Shown one piece after another: positions 41,294-50,472 of a stretch of DNA of 64,000 nt (positions are counted from its first letter, which is position 1; every line of letters begins with the position of its first letter). The notes beneath the pieces are model-generated. The model saw nothing but the letters and a program-made list of their open reading frames with translations. It searched no databases and was not told where the DNA came from. Source of the stretch: a virus. Position numbers and translations under genes: made by a program. The DNA is taken from positions 32,001 through 96,000 of IMG/VR virus record IMGVR_UViG_3300023174_000078; one strand, written 5' to 3'.

Positions 41294-41426
41294 TAATTCT
41301 GTCCATAGTTTTGTCAGAGATTCTGTCAGAGATTCTGTCTGGGATTCTGTCTGTCATTCTGTCTATAATTCTGTCCGTAATAAAATAAATGAAACTACAC
41401 GATTACAAATTAGAACCTCAAAATGA
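41277..41426 (+). CDS. SVxx-repeat micro-protein 11 (49 aa, not in ORF track)
   Basis: MKQSLNNSVHSFVRDSVRDSVWDSVCHSVYNSVRNKINETTRLQIRTSK; overlaps the start of 41389. Confidence 0.7.
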   Translation: MKQSLNNSVHSFVRDSVRDSVWDSVCHSVYNSVRNKINETTRLQIRTSK

Positions 41427-41817
41427 AACATTAGCTGTACTACGTAAACATGGTTTCAATTTGTCGCGCATGATTGCCTACAGCAAATCTACATACTTAT
41501 CAATGCATCCGGAGCATCAAGTAGTGTTCAATGCCAATATTTTTACTCCGCAAGGTAAAGCTTGGTGGGGTGACTTGGATCTAACGAAAGATTCAGAAAA
41601 TCTACAGCTTGCAGCTGCCGATATCGGTTCCACTTTATACGTGCTACGTGAATCGGATGGTCGCTTTGGCAATGAGCAGCGTACTGTGTCAGAATTAGAA
41701 AAATTAGCCGTCAAGAAATTTGAAGTTAAGTCAAAACAAAAAAAATCAATTCAAACATGTCTACAATCTTTAGCATCCAAGGTAACACAATTTTTCTCCG
41801 CGACCCGGAGGCGATGA
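41389..41817 (+). CDS. Hypothetical protein coupled to the array
   Basis: Starts inside a final copy of the array junction (AATAAAATAA-ATGAAAC). Confidence 0.7.
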   Translation: MKLHDYKLEPQNETLAVLRKHGFNLSRMIAYSKSTYLSMHPEHQVVFNANIFTPQGKAWWGDLDLTKDSENLQLAAADIGSTLYVLRESDGRFGNEQRTVSELEKLAVKKFEVKSKQKKSIQTCLQSLASKVTQFFSATRRR

Positions 41818-42857
41818 ATTTCCACGATAAGCTTCCACCGGAAGTTTACGCGATTAAAGAGCACCCTATCACTGAGGAGTTGTTTTTAGATAAGATTGAT
41901 TGTTTTAATATACCGCACAAGAGATACGGTAATAATGACAGGTACGCCCAACGTATCTTGAACAGCTTCAAGCTACGCAATCAAGCGACCGGTGTTCTCT
42001 TGTGTGGGGAGAAGGGGTCCGGTAAGTCGCTACTTGCCAAAACTCTAGCCAATATCGCGCAAGCAGAGGGGTTGCCAGTTATCGTGGTTAACACACCACG
42101 CACTGGTGACGCTTTCTTCCAGCTTATTCAGCGGATTGAGCAGCCCGCTATTATTCTCTTTGATGAGTTCGAGAAGGTGTACGACTCAGACAAACAGAAA
42201 GAAGTTCTGACGCTGCTTGACGGCATCTATCCGTCCAATAAATTGTATGTCTTCACGGTCAACGATAAGTGGAAGCTGGATGTGAACATGCGCAACCGCC
42301 CCGGACGTATTTTCTATTCCATTGACTACAAAGGCATCGAAGAAAAGTTTATTCGTGAGTACTGCGAAGACAATTTGAATGATAAGTCGCAGGTCGACCA
42401 TATCGTTCGTATCAACACACTGTTCAGTGCGTTTAATTTTGATATGCTGCAGGCTTTGGTTGAGGAAATGAATCGTTATAATGAAGATCCATTTGAGGCG
42501 ATTCAGTTGCTGAATATCAAACCCGAGTACGAAGATGCCACAACCTTCACTACGTTTATTTCCGTCGATGGTACGCCTGATTCGCATATCACATGTGACC
42601 GGGACTTTAATGGTAAGCCTTTGGGCGACCGTGTGAAAATCTATTACCATAAGTATAGGCGTCTGGATATTTCCAAGGAACACTGTGATAACGAAGCCGA
42701 CTGGCTGTCCGCTGAGTTTGTTCCAACGGATTTGGTTTCCGTCAGTAAGGACGGTAAAACTTTCTTGTTTAAGAATAGCAAAGGCGAATCTGTTACGCTG
42801 CAAGCTAAAAAGAGTGATACCGCATTCGATTACCGCACTTTCGCTTACGCGAGCTAG
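41757..42857 (+). CDS. AAA+ ATPase
   Basis: Walker A GEKGSGKS, Walker B ILFDEFEK, NRPGRI. Confidence 0.9.
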   Translation: MSTIFSIQGNTIFLRDPEAMNFHDKLPPEVYAIKEHPITEELFLDKIDCFNIPHKRYGNNDRYAQRILNSFKLRNQATGVLLCGEKGSGKSLLAKTLANIAQAEGLPVIVVNTPRTGDAFFQLIQRIEQPAIILFDEFEKVYDSDKQKEVLTLLDGIYPSNKLYVFTVNDKWKLDVNMRNRPGRIFYSIDYKGIEEKFIREYCEDNLNDKSQVDHIVRINTLFSAFNFDMLQALVEEMNRYNEDPFEAIQLLNIKPEYEDATTFTTFISVDGTPDSHITCDRDFNGKPLGDRVKIYYHKYRRLDISKEHCDNEADWLSAEFVPTDLVSVSKDGKTFLFKNSKGESVTLQAKKSDTAFDYRTFAYAS

Positions 42858-42904
42858 TGTGCATTAAAAACAAATCAAACAAATTAAACAAAAGTCATAC
42901 AATC

Positions 42905-43942
42905 ATGGACGCGAAACAGCAAAAAGAAAAGATCTCCGAACTCACTCCTGAGCAAAAGGCTAAGATGCCAGAATATGTTAAGAAGTGGATTGCTATCGGC
43001 AACGACACTTCCCGGTTGAATTATGATCGTACTGTCGACATCATTCATGCGGTTCAGAAGCACATCCTGAAGAAAGAACCTACTCCGGTTTTGATCTTTG
43101 ATAACCCCATGGAGGCCTGGGTAGCGTGTAACTATGCCGCACACGGTCACAAGGTTAATGAACTCAAGAACTGTGTGGAGGAGTTCTTCAGTGGAAAGAA
43201 ACCCAAGTGGAAACTTGGTCAGTATGTTTCACCCTATCTCAATGGGTCATTCGCAGCACCAACGTTCGCCTTCTACGACTTTTTCAAGTTCGAGTTGGGC
43301 GTTTCGTTTGACACTACCGGTACGCCAGTCGCAGCTGCGCAAGACAACAGCGCGCTTAGCGTGGATGAACTGTATGAGATCTGGAAGAGCACCACAGAGC
43401 TTGGACTGATCTATCCAATTCACGACGTCCAAGGTGCAGCACAGGATATGTGTATCGTGTCTCAAAAACCATCGCGGGTAAAAGTTAATGAAGCCGGTGT
43501 CGTACACTGCGATGGCGCTGTTGCCATTGAGTACGAGGGGCATGGCGATATCAAGATTTATGCGCTCAATGGTGTGACTGTTCCTGATTGGTTGGCTTTG
43601 ACGCCAGCCCAGAACATCCCCGTCGAGCGGATACACGAAATTAAAAATGCAGACATTAAAGCCGAGTTTGTTCGCAAGATCGGTGTTGAGCGTTTGCTTG
43701 ACATGGGAAGCAAAGTGGACTCTTATGAGGCTCATTCTGATGAGTGGTGGCACAAGTCGCAATACGAGCTTTGGGATATGCACAACCTGTTTCCTAATGT
43801 TGAGTACGCCCCACACCTCAAGATGCTGAATCAGACGACCAAAATCTGGCACGTTGAGGCTGTATCTCCTAGTTGCAGAACAATCGAAGATGCGTTGAAA
43901 GACCGGTATGGTCGCAATGTTGACATCATTGAAATCGCCTAA
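42905..43942 (+). CDS. DUF6745-like protein lacking an internal tetrapeptide-repeat tract
   Basis: LTPEQ..YVKKWIAIG, AFYDFF, IVSQKP..VHCDGAVAIEY..IYALNGVTVP..IKNADIKAEFVRKIGVER; family recognised from memory. Confidence 0.75.
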   Translation: MDAKQQKEKISELTPEQKAKMPEYVKKWIAIGNDTSRLNYDRTVDIIHAVQKHILKKEPTPVLIFDNPMEAWVACNYAAHGHKVNELKNCVEEFFSGKKPKWKLGQYVSPYLNGSFAAPTFAFYDFFKFELGVSFDTTGTPVAAAQDNSALSVDELYEIWKSTTELGLIYPIHDVQGAAQDMCIVSQKPSRVKVNEAGVVHCDGAVAIEYEGHGDIKIYALNGVTVPDWLALTPAQNIPVERIHEIKNADIKAEFVRKIGVERLLDMGSKVDSYEAHSDEWWHKSQYELWDMHNLFPNVEYAPHLKMLNQTTKIWHVEAVSPSCRTIEDALKDRYGRNVDIIEIA

Positions 43943-43952
43943 ATAAATTACG

Positions 43953-43981
43953 GGGCAATAAATAAACCTATTGCCCTATTT
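43953..43981 (+). terminator. Hairpin / weak terminator
   Basis: GGGCAATA/TATTGCCC followed by TATTT. Confidence 0.45.
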
Positions 43982-44022
43982 AAAAAAACAAAGCACCGTA
44001 ACACAAATCAGACGCTAACAAC

Positions 44023-44391
44023 ATGTCAAAATCCAAAGCAACCAAGTCCAAAGTCAATTCCAACGCCGCGCGCGCAATCCTTCACGGCGAGTGCGGTATC
44101 GTACAATCCCCCATCCCCGAGGATGCCACCGCCGTCAAGATCAAGGACAACTGCTTGATCCTGGCCGACTCCGAAACCACGGGTAACCACCACGTTCTCG
44201 ACGTCTTGCCGGGCGTTGAAGTCCTGGAGAAGGAAGGGAAGCGTTTTATGCGCAATTCCGTCCCCGCCCAGGTCCGCTGCTTACACACGGACCGGCACGA
44301 TGCCCTCGTCGTACCCCCCGGTGAATGGGAGTTCATCATCGCTCAGGAGTTCGACTACTTCGAAATGAGCAAGCGCAATGTCCGCGACTAA
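44023..44391 (+). CDS. Small His-motif protein of the type usually adjacent to DUF6745 genes
   Basis: HGE..LADSETTGNHH..H..HDALVVPPGEW..QEFD..RNVRD; strong C/G-ending codon bias. Confidence 0.7.
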   Translation: MSKSKATKSKVNSNAARAILHGECGIVQSPIPEDATAVKIKDNCLILADSETTGNHHVLDVLPGVEVLEKEGKRFMRNSVPAQVRCLHTDRHDALVVPPGEWEFIIAQEFDYFEMSKRNVRD

Positions 44392-44558
44392 GCTCCTGGA
44401 CTCGCTCTTGCTCGAGCTTGAGGATACTTGGGGATATACCCGGGAAGAACTCAGTGATATTCAAGATAAGCTGCTAGTGTTTGCTAGCACTGTTTCTATT
44501 AGTACGACTATGTCCGAAGAAGTGCAGAAATTAGCTGAAGACTTATAATTGATTATGC

Positions 44559-44590
44559 GCCCAGGTGTTGTGTAAATGCAGCACCTGGGC
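44559..44590 (+). terminator. Hairpin / probable terminator
   Basis: GCCCAGGTGTTG/CAGCACCTGGGC. Confidence 0.5.
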
Positions 44591-45260
44591 CTTATCAAAT
44601 AGTGCTTGCGTCTATTTTTTTATTTATTAGCAGCCTTCTGTTCCGTTATGAGTAGTAATGTAATCAAAAAAGAAACTAAATTTGCGTACAGACACAGGCC
44701 CACAGGTAATTGGGTAGTGTTTGATTTTTTTATTTTTAATGAACCATACCTCTTTTTGGTTGATGAATTTGTTCCGGCGGCTGCTTACAGCGCGAGGAAT
44801 GTCATCGAAGAAGACTTTGATCGTAGCATATTACGCGCGCTTACGTTACAATCCAAAAATAAAGAAGATTTTGACTTGTTAGAGATCGAAGTTCAATATA
44901 CTATTAATTGATATGACTGAAAAAGAATTCATTGTGTGGTTGCATGGCTATTTAGAAATTAGTGGTGCAAAGACCTTAGGCGAAAAAGAATTACAGGTGA
45001 TTCGAGATCATCTGGATAAATTCTTTGTTAAAGTTACACCTGACCGCAGTACCCCAACGGATATCCCAGATTCCCCCGGTATTAATTTACCGCATGTTAC
45101 GTGGCCGCAACCTTCGACTACACCGTTACCTTATATTTACACCGTTACCTTATATTCCAACTCTGCCTTTCCAACCTTGGCCTTGGGCTGATCCGACAAA
45201 AATTATTTGCACGACCGCAACTGACGGGACTCAAACCTATTGTTGATTTGTATCTAGCGT

Positions 45261-46151
45261 ATGGCCATTGTTTTTTACATCAGAGGGTTGTTTCATGAGA
45301 ACAACCTCACGACTCATTCTGGTGTAGATAACAAAATATATTATGATATCTTTAATAAGATATACAACTACGATATTCTGCAGTACAGAAGAGAAGTAAA
45401 TGAAATACAAAGAATAAATTTAGCGCAAATTGGATGCCGTGTTATCGTGAACGCACATCCGTATGCGCCTCAGCCATTGGCGCAGCGTCCGTCTTATGTC
45501 GTGATTCCGAGTTATGTGCATGACCAGCTCATGTCATTAGCTGACGATGATATACTCATTCCTTTAGATGATGACGATTGGATTTCGCCTGCTATCCTAG
45601 ATTATCCTTTTGACGTTGACGCGCTTAATATTTGGGGTGCTGGTTGTGTAATGAAAAAAGCGCCACATTACAGCCCTATATCTATTTGTGATCCTTTAAG
45701 TGTCGATGCTGATTTGCGGGATCCTGAAAACATAAAAATATGTCGCAGTCTTTTATCTAATTGTTACGGTGTACCGGCCAAATTCATTAAATCTCTAATT
45801 ACAAATACACATATTCGTGAACGTAATTACAGATTGAAAGAGATACTACAGCGGCATTCATTGGTGCGGTCAACTATCCGCACGCATAAAATTATCAGTA
45901 AAGAAAATATACAGCCTGTTCATTTGGCTGTATATGTGCGCCACCTTGGTAACATCACATCATTAAAACAGTGGGTAACATTGGGTACAGACATTGATCA
46001 GATAAAAGCTTTGGTTACTGCTCAACTCGGTAAGCATATACTTAATACAGTGACTGATAGCAGTCTGTGGTTTTCCGAATATCAGAATAAACTAATTGAT
46101 TTGAACACGTATGTAATAAACAATATGCGAAACAATATGCGCCTGTCATAA
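45261..46151 (+). CDS. Hypothetical protein, possibly glycosyltransferase-like
   Basis: ILIPLDDDDWISP (DxDD-like). Confidence 0.45.
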   Translation: MAIVFYIRGLFHENNLTTHSGVDNKIYYDIFNKIYNYDILQYRREVNEIQRINLAQIGCRVIVNAHPYAPQPLAQRPSYVVIPSYVHDQLMSLADDDILIPLDDDDWISPAILDYPFDVDALNIWGAGCVMKKAPHYSPISICDPLSVDADLRDPENIKICRSLLSNCYGVPAKFIKSLITNTHIRERNYRLKEILQRHSLVRSTIRTHKIISKENIQPVHLAVYVRHLGNITSLKQWVTLGTDIDQIKALVTAQLGKHILNTVTDSSLWFSEYQNKLIDLNTYVINNMRNNMRLS

Positions 46152-46156
46152 TAATT

Positions 46157-46231
46157 GCCTTCGTAGCTCAGTGGTAGAGCGGCTACTTTGTAAGTAGCGG
46201 GTCGGGGGTTCGAATCCCTCCGCAGGCTCCA
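46157..46231 (+). tRNA. tRNA-Thr(TGT)
   Basis: GCTAC-TTTGTAA-GTAGC arm; CCA. Confidence 0.9.
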
Positions 46232-46232
46232 T

Positions 46233-46307
46233 GCTCCGGTAGCTCAATGGTAGAGCAGTACCCTTTTAAGGTATTTGTTGCAGGTTCGAGCCCTTCCCGG
46301 AGTACCA
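46233..46307 (+). tRNA. tRNA-Lys(TTT)
   Basis: GTACC-CTTTTAA-GGTAT arm; CCA; one mismatch in the T stem. Confidence 0.85.
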
Positions 46308-46350
46308 TTTTTCATTGGCGTATCGCCAAGAACAAAGTAGAGTAACATAT

Positions 46351-46425
46351 TCCCGGGTAGCTCAGCGGTAGAGCGAACGGCTGTTAACCGTTAAGTCGTA
46401 GGTTCAAGCCCTACCCTGGGAGCCA
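46351..46425 (+). tRNA. tRNA-Asn(GTT)
   Basis: AACGG-CTGTTAA-CCGTT arm; CCA. Confidence 0.95.
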
Positions 46426-46443
46426 ATAATTTATTTTAATTTT

Positions 46444-46905
46444 ATGCCTGCAATCAAAACATACGATAGAAACCATGTATTAAAGACCATTGGCGCGCAC
46501 GGTATTAGGTTAAATGGTGTTTGCTTAATGGACGCCGAATATGTTTACCTGGATGCAAACAAAGTGGAGCAATTTTTTTGGGAGTTATCCATGCAGGTGA
46601 TTTCTACGTTGCAAAGCTGGCAGGAAAACTACCGAGATTGCGACAAGTATTCTCGTGTCGTGCAGGCATTAGGACAAATGTCCCACGCATTACAATGGGG
46701 CGATAAACAGAGTAAACCAGCCGGACTAGCGTTGGGTGTGTTTAACTATGTAGATAAAAAAATAGGCCCGCACTCCATTAATTGTGCCATTGTCAAAACG
46801 CCCGACAAAGATGAATTTAAATTAAAGTTTTTCGAACCACAATCCGCTAAAGAGATAGCGCTGACACCCGCAGAAATTCAAAGCACCTTTTTAATTTTGT
46901 TATGA
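46444..46905 (+). CDS. Papain-like cysteine protease domain (agglutinin C-terminal-like)
   Basis: DCDKY..HSIN..FEPQ triad pattern. Confidence 0.6.
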   Translation: MPAIKTYDRNHVLKTIGAHGIRLNGVCLMDAEYVYLDANKVEQFFWELSMQVISTLQSWQENYRDCDKYSRVVQALGQMSHALQWGDKQSKPAGLALGVFNYVDKKIGPHSINCAIVKTPDKDEFKLKFFEPQSAKEIALTPAEIQSTFLILL

Positions 46906-47028
46906 AAAAGTATATCATTTCCTTGTTGTGTTTATTTACCGTCGCATCCTGCGTGCAGAGAGAAGAGGTTAAGTTCAAGTTACCTAATGTTCCTTACGCT
47001 ATATCCGGAAAAGCAGCTATGAGTAAAC

Positions 47029-47475
47029 ATGAGTTTACGTTTCCGGTTGTACCTTATGCCAAATAAAAATAATAAAGAGCTGATACAAGATTTAAGTATG
47101 CAAGTGCAGCAGTTGCTTGCTGCGTTAAATGAGAGCCGCCGCTATGCGGATAAGTTAGTTGAACACATTCCTTACTTACCGGCGGACATAGAAAATTTGA
47201 GGGCTGCTAATTTACAGTTTTCCAACGAGCTAGCCGATCTAAAAAAAGAAAATGAAGAGCTTTGTCTTTTAATTAAGCCCGCACTGGAAGTAGCCAGGCA
47301 GTTTACATTATCAGACGAGTTTCCCGGGCCCTATAGGTTGGAGATCACGCCTACAATTTATCAGATATACAGTCAGTCCGGTGATATTGTAGCCTCCACG
47401 CGTTATTCTGATTTTGCTACGTTCATTTTGAACATGCTGAATGCGGTGGACAAACATATCGCTTTAGGCGATTAG
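47029..47475 (+). CDS. Hypothetical coiled-coil protein
   Basis: 148-aa ORF. Confidence 0.55.
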   Translation: MSLRFRLYLMPNKNNKELIQDLSMQVQQLLAALNESRRYADKLVEHIPYLPADIENLRAANLQFSNELADLKKENEELCLLIKPALEVARQFTLSDEFPGPYRLEITPTIYQIYSQSGDIVASTRYSDFATFILNMLNAVDKHIALGD

Positions 47476-47682
47476 TACACCACATCTCGGTAGGCCTCTC
47501 CAAGACGCCCACTTTATCGGGTCCTTTAAAAATAGGGTAAGCTACAAATAAACAAAAAGCTGAACCGCCTCGCATTTATATATTCCCTGCGGCCTGATCA
47601 ACCGAATACAGTATATGCTTGCGAGGTTTTTTATTTTTGCTCTTTACAAGGTCTGACTTTTCTCTATAGAAGGTAAGACCTT

Positions 47683-49437
47683 ATGAGCTATAAAATATCC
47701 CTCTTACATGCGACGCGTGGTCGCGCCCTGCAAGCTAAAGAATGTCGTGATGCGTGGATGAGCGCCGCAAAGCATCCTGAAGACATTGAGCATATCTTTG
47801 GTATAGACGATGATGACATCGACAGTCTAACCAACATTAATACGCAAAGAGTTATTGCGGAACGCGGTAAGGGCTGCGTCGCAGCTTGGAACGCTTGCGC
47901 GAAAGCCAGTAAGGGTGATATCCTAATTCAGTTGTCGGATGACTGGGAACCCACAAAGAATTGGGATGTGGATATTCTGCGCGAATTTGAGGATGCTAAG
48001 GGGGAGCGTGTGCTAGCCATATCGGACGGGCATCGTACTGATGACCTGCTGTGTATGGCAATACTGAATAGGGCGCGGTACGAAAAGCAGGGATACCTGT
48101 TTCACCCTGAATTCTTCAGTGTTTACAGCGATAATTATTTTACTTGGGCGGCTACCAAGGACGGTGTCATAAAAGATTCTAGACATATTGTTTTCGAGCA
48201 CAAACATCCTGTGTTCAACAAGGCAGAATGGGATCCTACATATTTAGCAAGTAACGCGCAGCAAAATTATGTGCAGGGGCATGGTAAATTCTTGGAACTT
48301 ACACGCCCGGCAGGATCTAAGATTTGCTTGGCGATGATTGTAAAGAATGAAATGCATAACATGCGTAAGTGTTTGGAGTCTGTTAAAGACGTCATTAATT
48401 ACTGGGTAATTTGCGATACAGGATCTACAGATGGTACACAGCAATTCATTAAAGATCTGATGACCGAATGGAATATTCCGGGGGAGCTTCATGAGAGACC
48501 CTGGGTAGACTTCGCAACGAACAGAACAGAATCTTTGCAGCTCGCCCGCGATAAGGGCGATTACACACTGGTAATGGACGCTGATGATTATCTGGAAGTA
48601 CAGGGGGACATAAGTGCACTGCGTAATTTAAAGTTTGATCAGTATCACCTCAAGATCACGCATGGTGCGCTTGCGTACAGCCGCGTGCAGCTAGTACGTA
48701 ACGAATATGAATGGAAGTATGTAGGTGTGCTGCATGAGTATCTAGACGGTCCTAAAGACATTAAGCTGTTTCCTGCTGTTGTTCTTAACAATGTTATTAT
48801 TCGTGCGTCGGCATCTGATACCAGGAACGGATTTTCAGGGTCTAAAAAGTATATTAGTGATGCTTTAATTTTAGAGAAAGCATTACTCGATGACTCCATT
48901 GACCCCGGTCTCCGCTCACGTTATTTCTTTTACTTAGCGCAAAGTTACAGAGACGCGGGCGCGCATGAGCGTGCTATTGTAGCGTATAAGCAGCGCGTAG
49001 ATCTGGGTGGTTGGGATGAAGAGGTATACTACTCTAATTACATGATTGCGCGTCTTAAGGTTTTAATGAATTATAAGGAGGAAGAAATCATCAACTCTTT
49101 CTTGAAGGCCTGGGAAAGCCGACCTGGTCGCGTAGACGCTTTATTTGACCTGATAATTTATTTAAGAGGACAAGAGCGATTCGCGCTTGCGTGGGCGCTT
49201 GTTTCCATAGGTGTTAAAATTCCGCCGACCAACGACAATTTATTCGTGCGATTTGAGATTCAACAATGGAGAATGTTAGATGAGTATTCTATTTTAGCCG
49301 CGCGTACAGGAAATAAGGAAGAGGCAATTCGTGCCGCTAAAACCTTGCTAGAAAGTCCGTTGTCTGCCAAGCTAATTCCAGAGAATGAAAGAGAAAGAAT
49401 AGATAAGAACTTAATAGAGTTTAACAAACTACCATGA
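47683..49437 (+). CDS. Two-domain glycosyltransferase (GT2-like) with TPR C-terminus
   Basis: QLSDDW domain; ICLAMIVKNE..DTGSTDGT..MDADD; FYLAQSYRDAG TPR-like repeats. Confidence 0.85.
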   Translation: MSYKISLLHATRGRALQAKECRDAWMSAAKHPEDIEHIFGIDDDDIDSLTNINTQRVIAERGKGCVAAWNACAKASKGDILIQLSDDWEPTKNWDVDILREFEDAKGERVLAISDGHRTDDLLCMAILNRARYEKQGYLFHPEFFSVYSDNYFTWAATKDGVIKDSRHIVFEHKHPVFNKAEWDPTYLASNAQQNYVQGHGKFLELTRPAGSKICLAMIVKNEMHNMRKCLESVKDVINYWVICDTGSTDGTQQFIKDLMTEWNIPGELHERPWVDFATNRTESLQLARDKGDYTLVMDADDYLEVQGDISALRNLKFDQYHLKITHGALAYSRVQLVRNEYEWKYVGVLHEYLDGPKDIKLFPAVVLNNVIIRASASDTRNGFSGSKKYISDALILEKALLDDSIDPGLRSRYFFYLAQSYRDAGAHERAIVAYKQRVDLGGWDEEVYYSNYMIARLKVLMNYKEEEIINSFLKAWESRPGRVDALFDLIIYLRGQERFALAWALVSIGVKIPPTNDNLFVRFEIQQWRMLDEYSILAARTGNKEEAIRAAKTLLESPLSAKLIPENERERIDKNLIEFNKLP

Positions 49438-50075
49438 CAAAACAGGACATTCACAAAATTCGCAAGTGCGTAGGTATCTACGATAAATTAATTAAGTATT
49501 TAGAAATCAAAGGTTTGTTGTACAAGCGCCCAGAAGCTGAAACGCTAAAAGGGTGGCGCAGCTGGAAGAGTAAAGTTAAGGCCCAGTATCCCATTCAATA
49601 CTTCATCCGCGAATCATTTGATTCTGTGAAGTATTATATTGCACACAGGTTTACAAATATAAAATACTATGTGAGAACTTTTTTGTTTCCAGAGAATCAG
49701 ATGATCCGAAAAACCATCCCTAAGCGGGGACATGATTTAGTATACTTAATTCCTCTGATGAATTTCGCGGCTATTACGCAGTTCAAAGAAGAAGCGGATA
49801 AGTCATGCGTAGATTGGGATGCGCATGAGGAGCATAGGGAATTTAAACAATGGTTAGACGCCTCTGCTTTATGGATTCAAGAAGGCAAAAACAGACTAGA
49901 AAAAGAATTATCTGCCGCGTATCCTGAAATGGATATAGATAAAATTTTCTCAGGCGAAGTAATCAATTACGAAGAGACTTACCGCGAAGTAAATCGCATA
50001 GAAGCTGTAATTGCGCAGACTGAAGAAGATATTCTTTTGCAGATGGTGAAGTACAGAAATTACTTCTGGACTTAA
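49434..50075 (+). CDS. Hypothetical protein
   Basis: 213-aa ORF. Confidence 0.6.
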   Translation: MTKQDIHKIRKCVGIYDKLIKYLEIKGLLYKRPEAETLKGWRSWKSKVKAQYPIQYFIRESFDSVKYYIAHRFTNIKYYVRTFLFPENQMIRKTIPKRGHDLVYLIPLMNFAAITQFKEEADKSCVDWDAHEEHREFKQWLDASALWIQEGKNRLEKELSAAYPEMDIDKIFSGEVINYEETYREVNRIEAVIAQTEEDILLQMVKYRNYFWT

Positions 50076-50315
50076 TTATTTGAAAGACAGCCGCACCTCC
50101 AATTCCCGGTAGCGACGATCAGAGTGCCATACTTCATCTTTCTCCGCTGTATACAGCCCTTCTTTAGTCAGAACTTTTGTTCCTGCTCGTATAGCTAAAA
50201 TAGGTGGCTGATGCACGCTCCCAAGCACGTTCCCTCTCTTGAAGTGCGAGCAGGAGACCATCGGCACGATCTGTAGCAACAGTAGTAGCCTGGTTACGTA
50301 ATTGTGTGATTTCAT
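50076..50315 (-). CDS. Probable o-spanin (Rz1-like lipoprotein)
   Basis: LLLLLQIVPMVS-C lipobox-like signal; overlaps the Rz-like gene. Confidence 0.65.
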   Translation of the reverse strand: MKSHNYVTRLLLLLQIVPMVSCSHFKRGNVLGSVHQPPILAIRAGTKVLTKEGLYTAEKDEVWHSDRRYRELEVRLSFK

Positions 50316-50472
50316 AGCGTGTCTTGTCTTTGTACTCTAAATGTTTCGCAGTAGCTTCTAGGAAATTGGTTTCTCTTTTTAATTCTAGGAACGCTACGAC
50401 GGCTTTGAGTGTGTACTTTAACAGATCAATTATAGATATGATCGCATTCATTTCTTTGGAGCTATTGCGCAA
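50164..50472 (-). CDS. Probable i-spanin (Rz-like)
   Basis: N-terminal hydrophobic segment then helical region; follows the endolysin. Confidence 0.55.
   Translation of the reverse strand: MRNSSKEMNAIISIIDLLKYTLKAVVAFLELKRETNFLEATAKHLEYKDKTRYEITQLRNQATTVATDRADGLLLALQERERAWERASATYFSYTSRNKSSD

Larger units (their letters stand above)
39305..41391 (+). repeat. Two-level tandem repeat: 11 units of 112-244 bp, each a constant junction plus 12-bp repeats (N5-TTCTGTC)
   Basis: Junction GTAATAAAATAAATGAAACRATCACTTAATAATTCTGTC; unit starts 39305, 39501, 39649, 39821, 39993, 40165, 40349, 40569, 40801, 41033, 41277; every spacing equals 12n+4. Confidence 0.97.

Noticed and set aside
39305-41391. CRISPR array (constant repeat with variable intervening sequence)
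   Set aside because: Intervening segments are long, variable in length and themselves 12-bp tandem repeats; the junction is not palindromic, encodes start/stop signals, and no cas genes are present
42186-43852. Long minus-strand ORFs (42186..42803, 43247..43852)
   Set aside because: Antisense to well-supported ATPase and DUF6745-like genes whose codon bias suppresses reverse-strand stops
39305-44391. Diversity-generating retroelement
   Set aside because: No reverse transcriptase in the window and no template/variable repeat pair; variation includes repeat number and order rather than only adenine substitutions
46316-46330. TGGCGTATCGCCAAG resembling the 5' end of tRNA-Gln between tRNA-Lys and tRNA-Asn
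   Set aside because: Only 15 nt with no remaining arms; could be a deletion remnant or a simple hairpin
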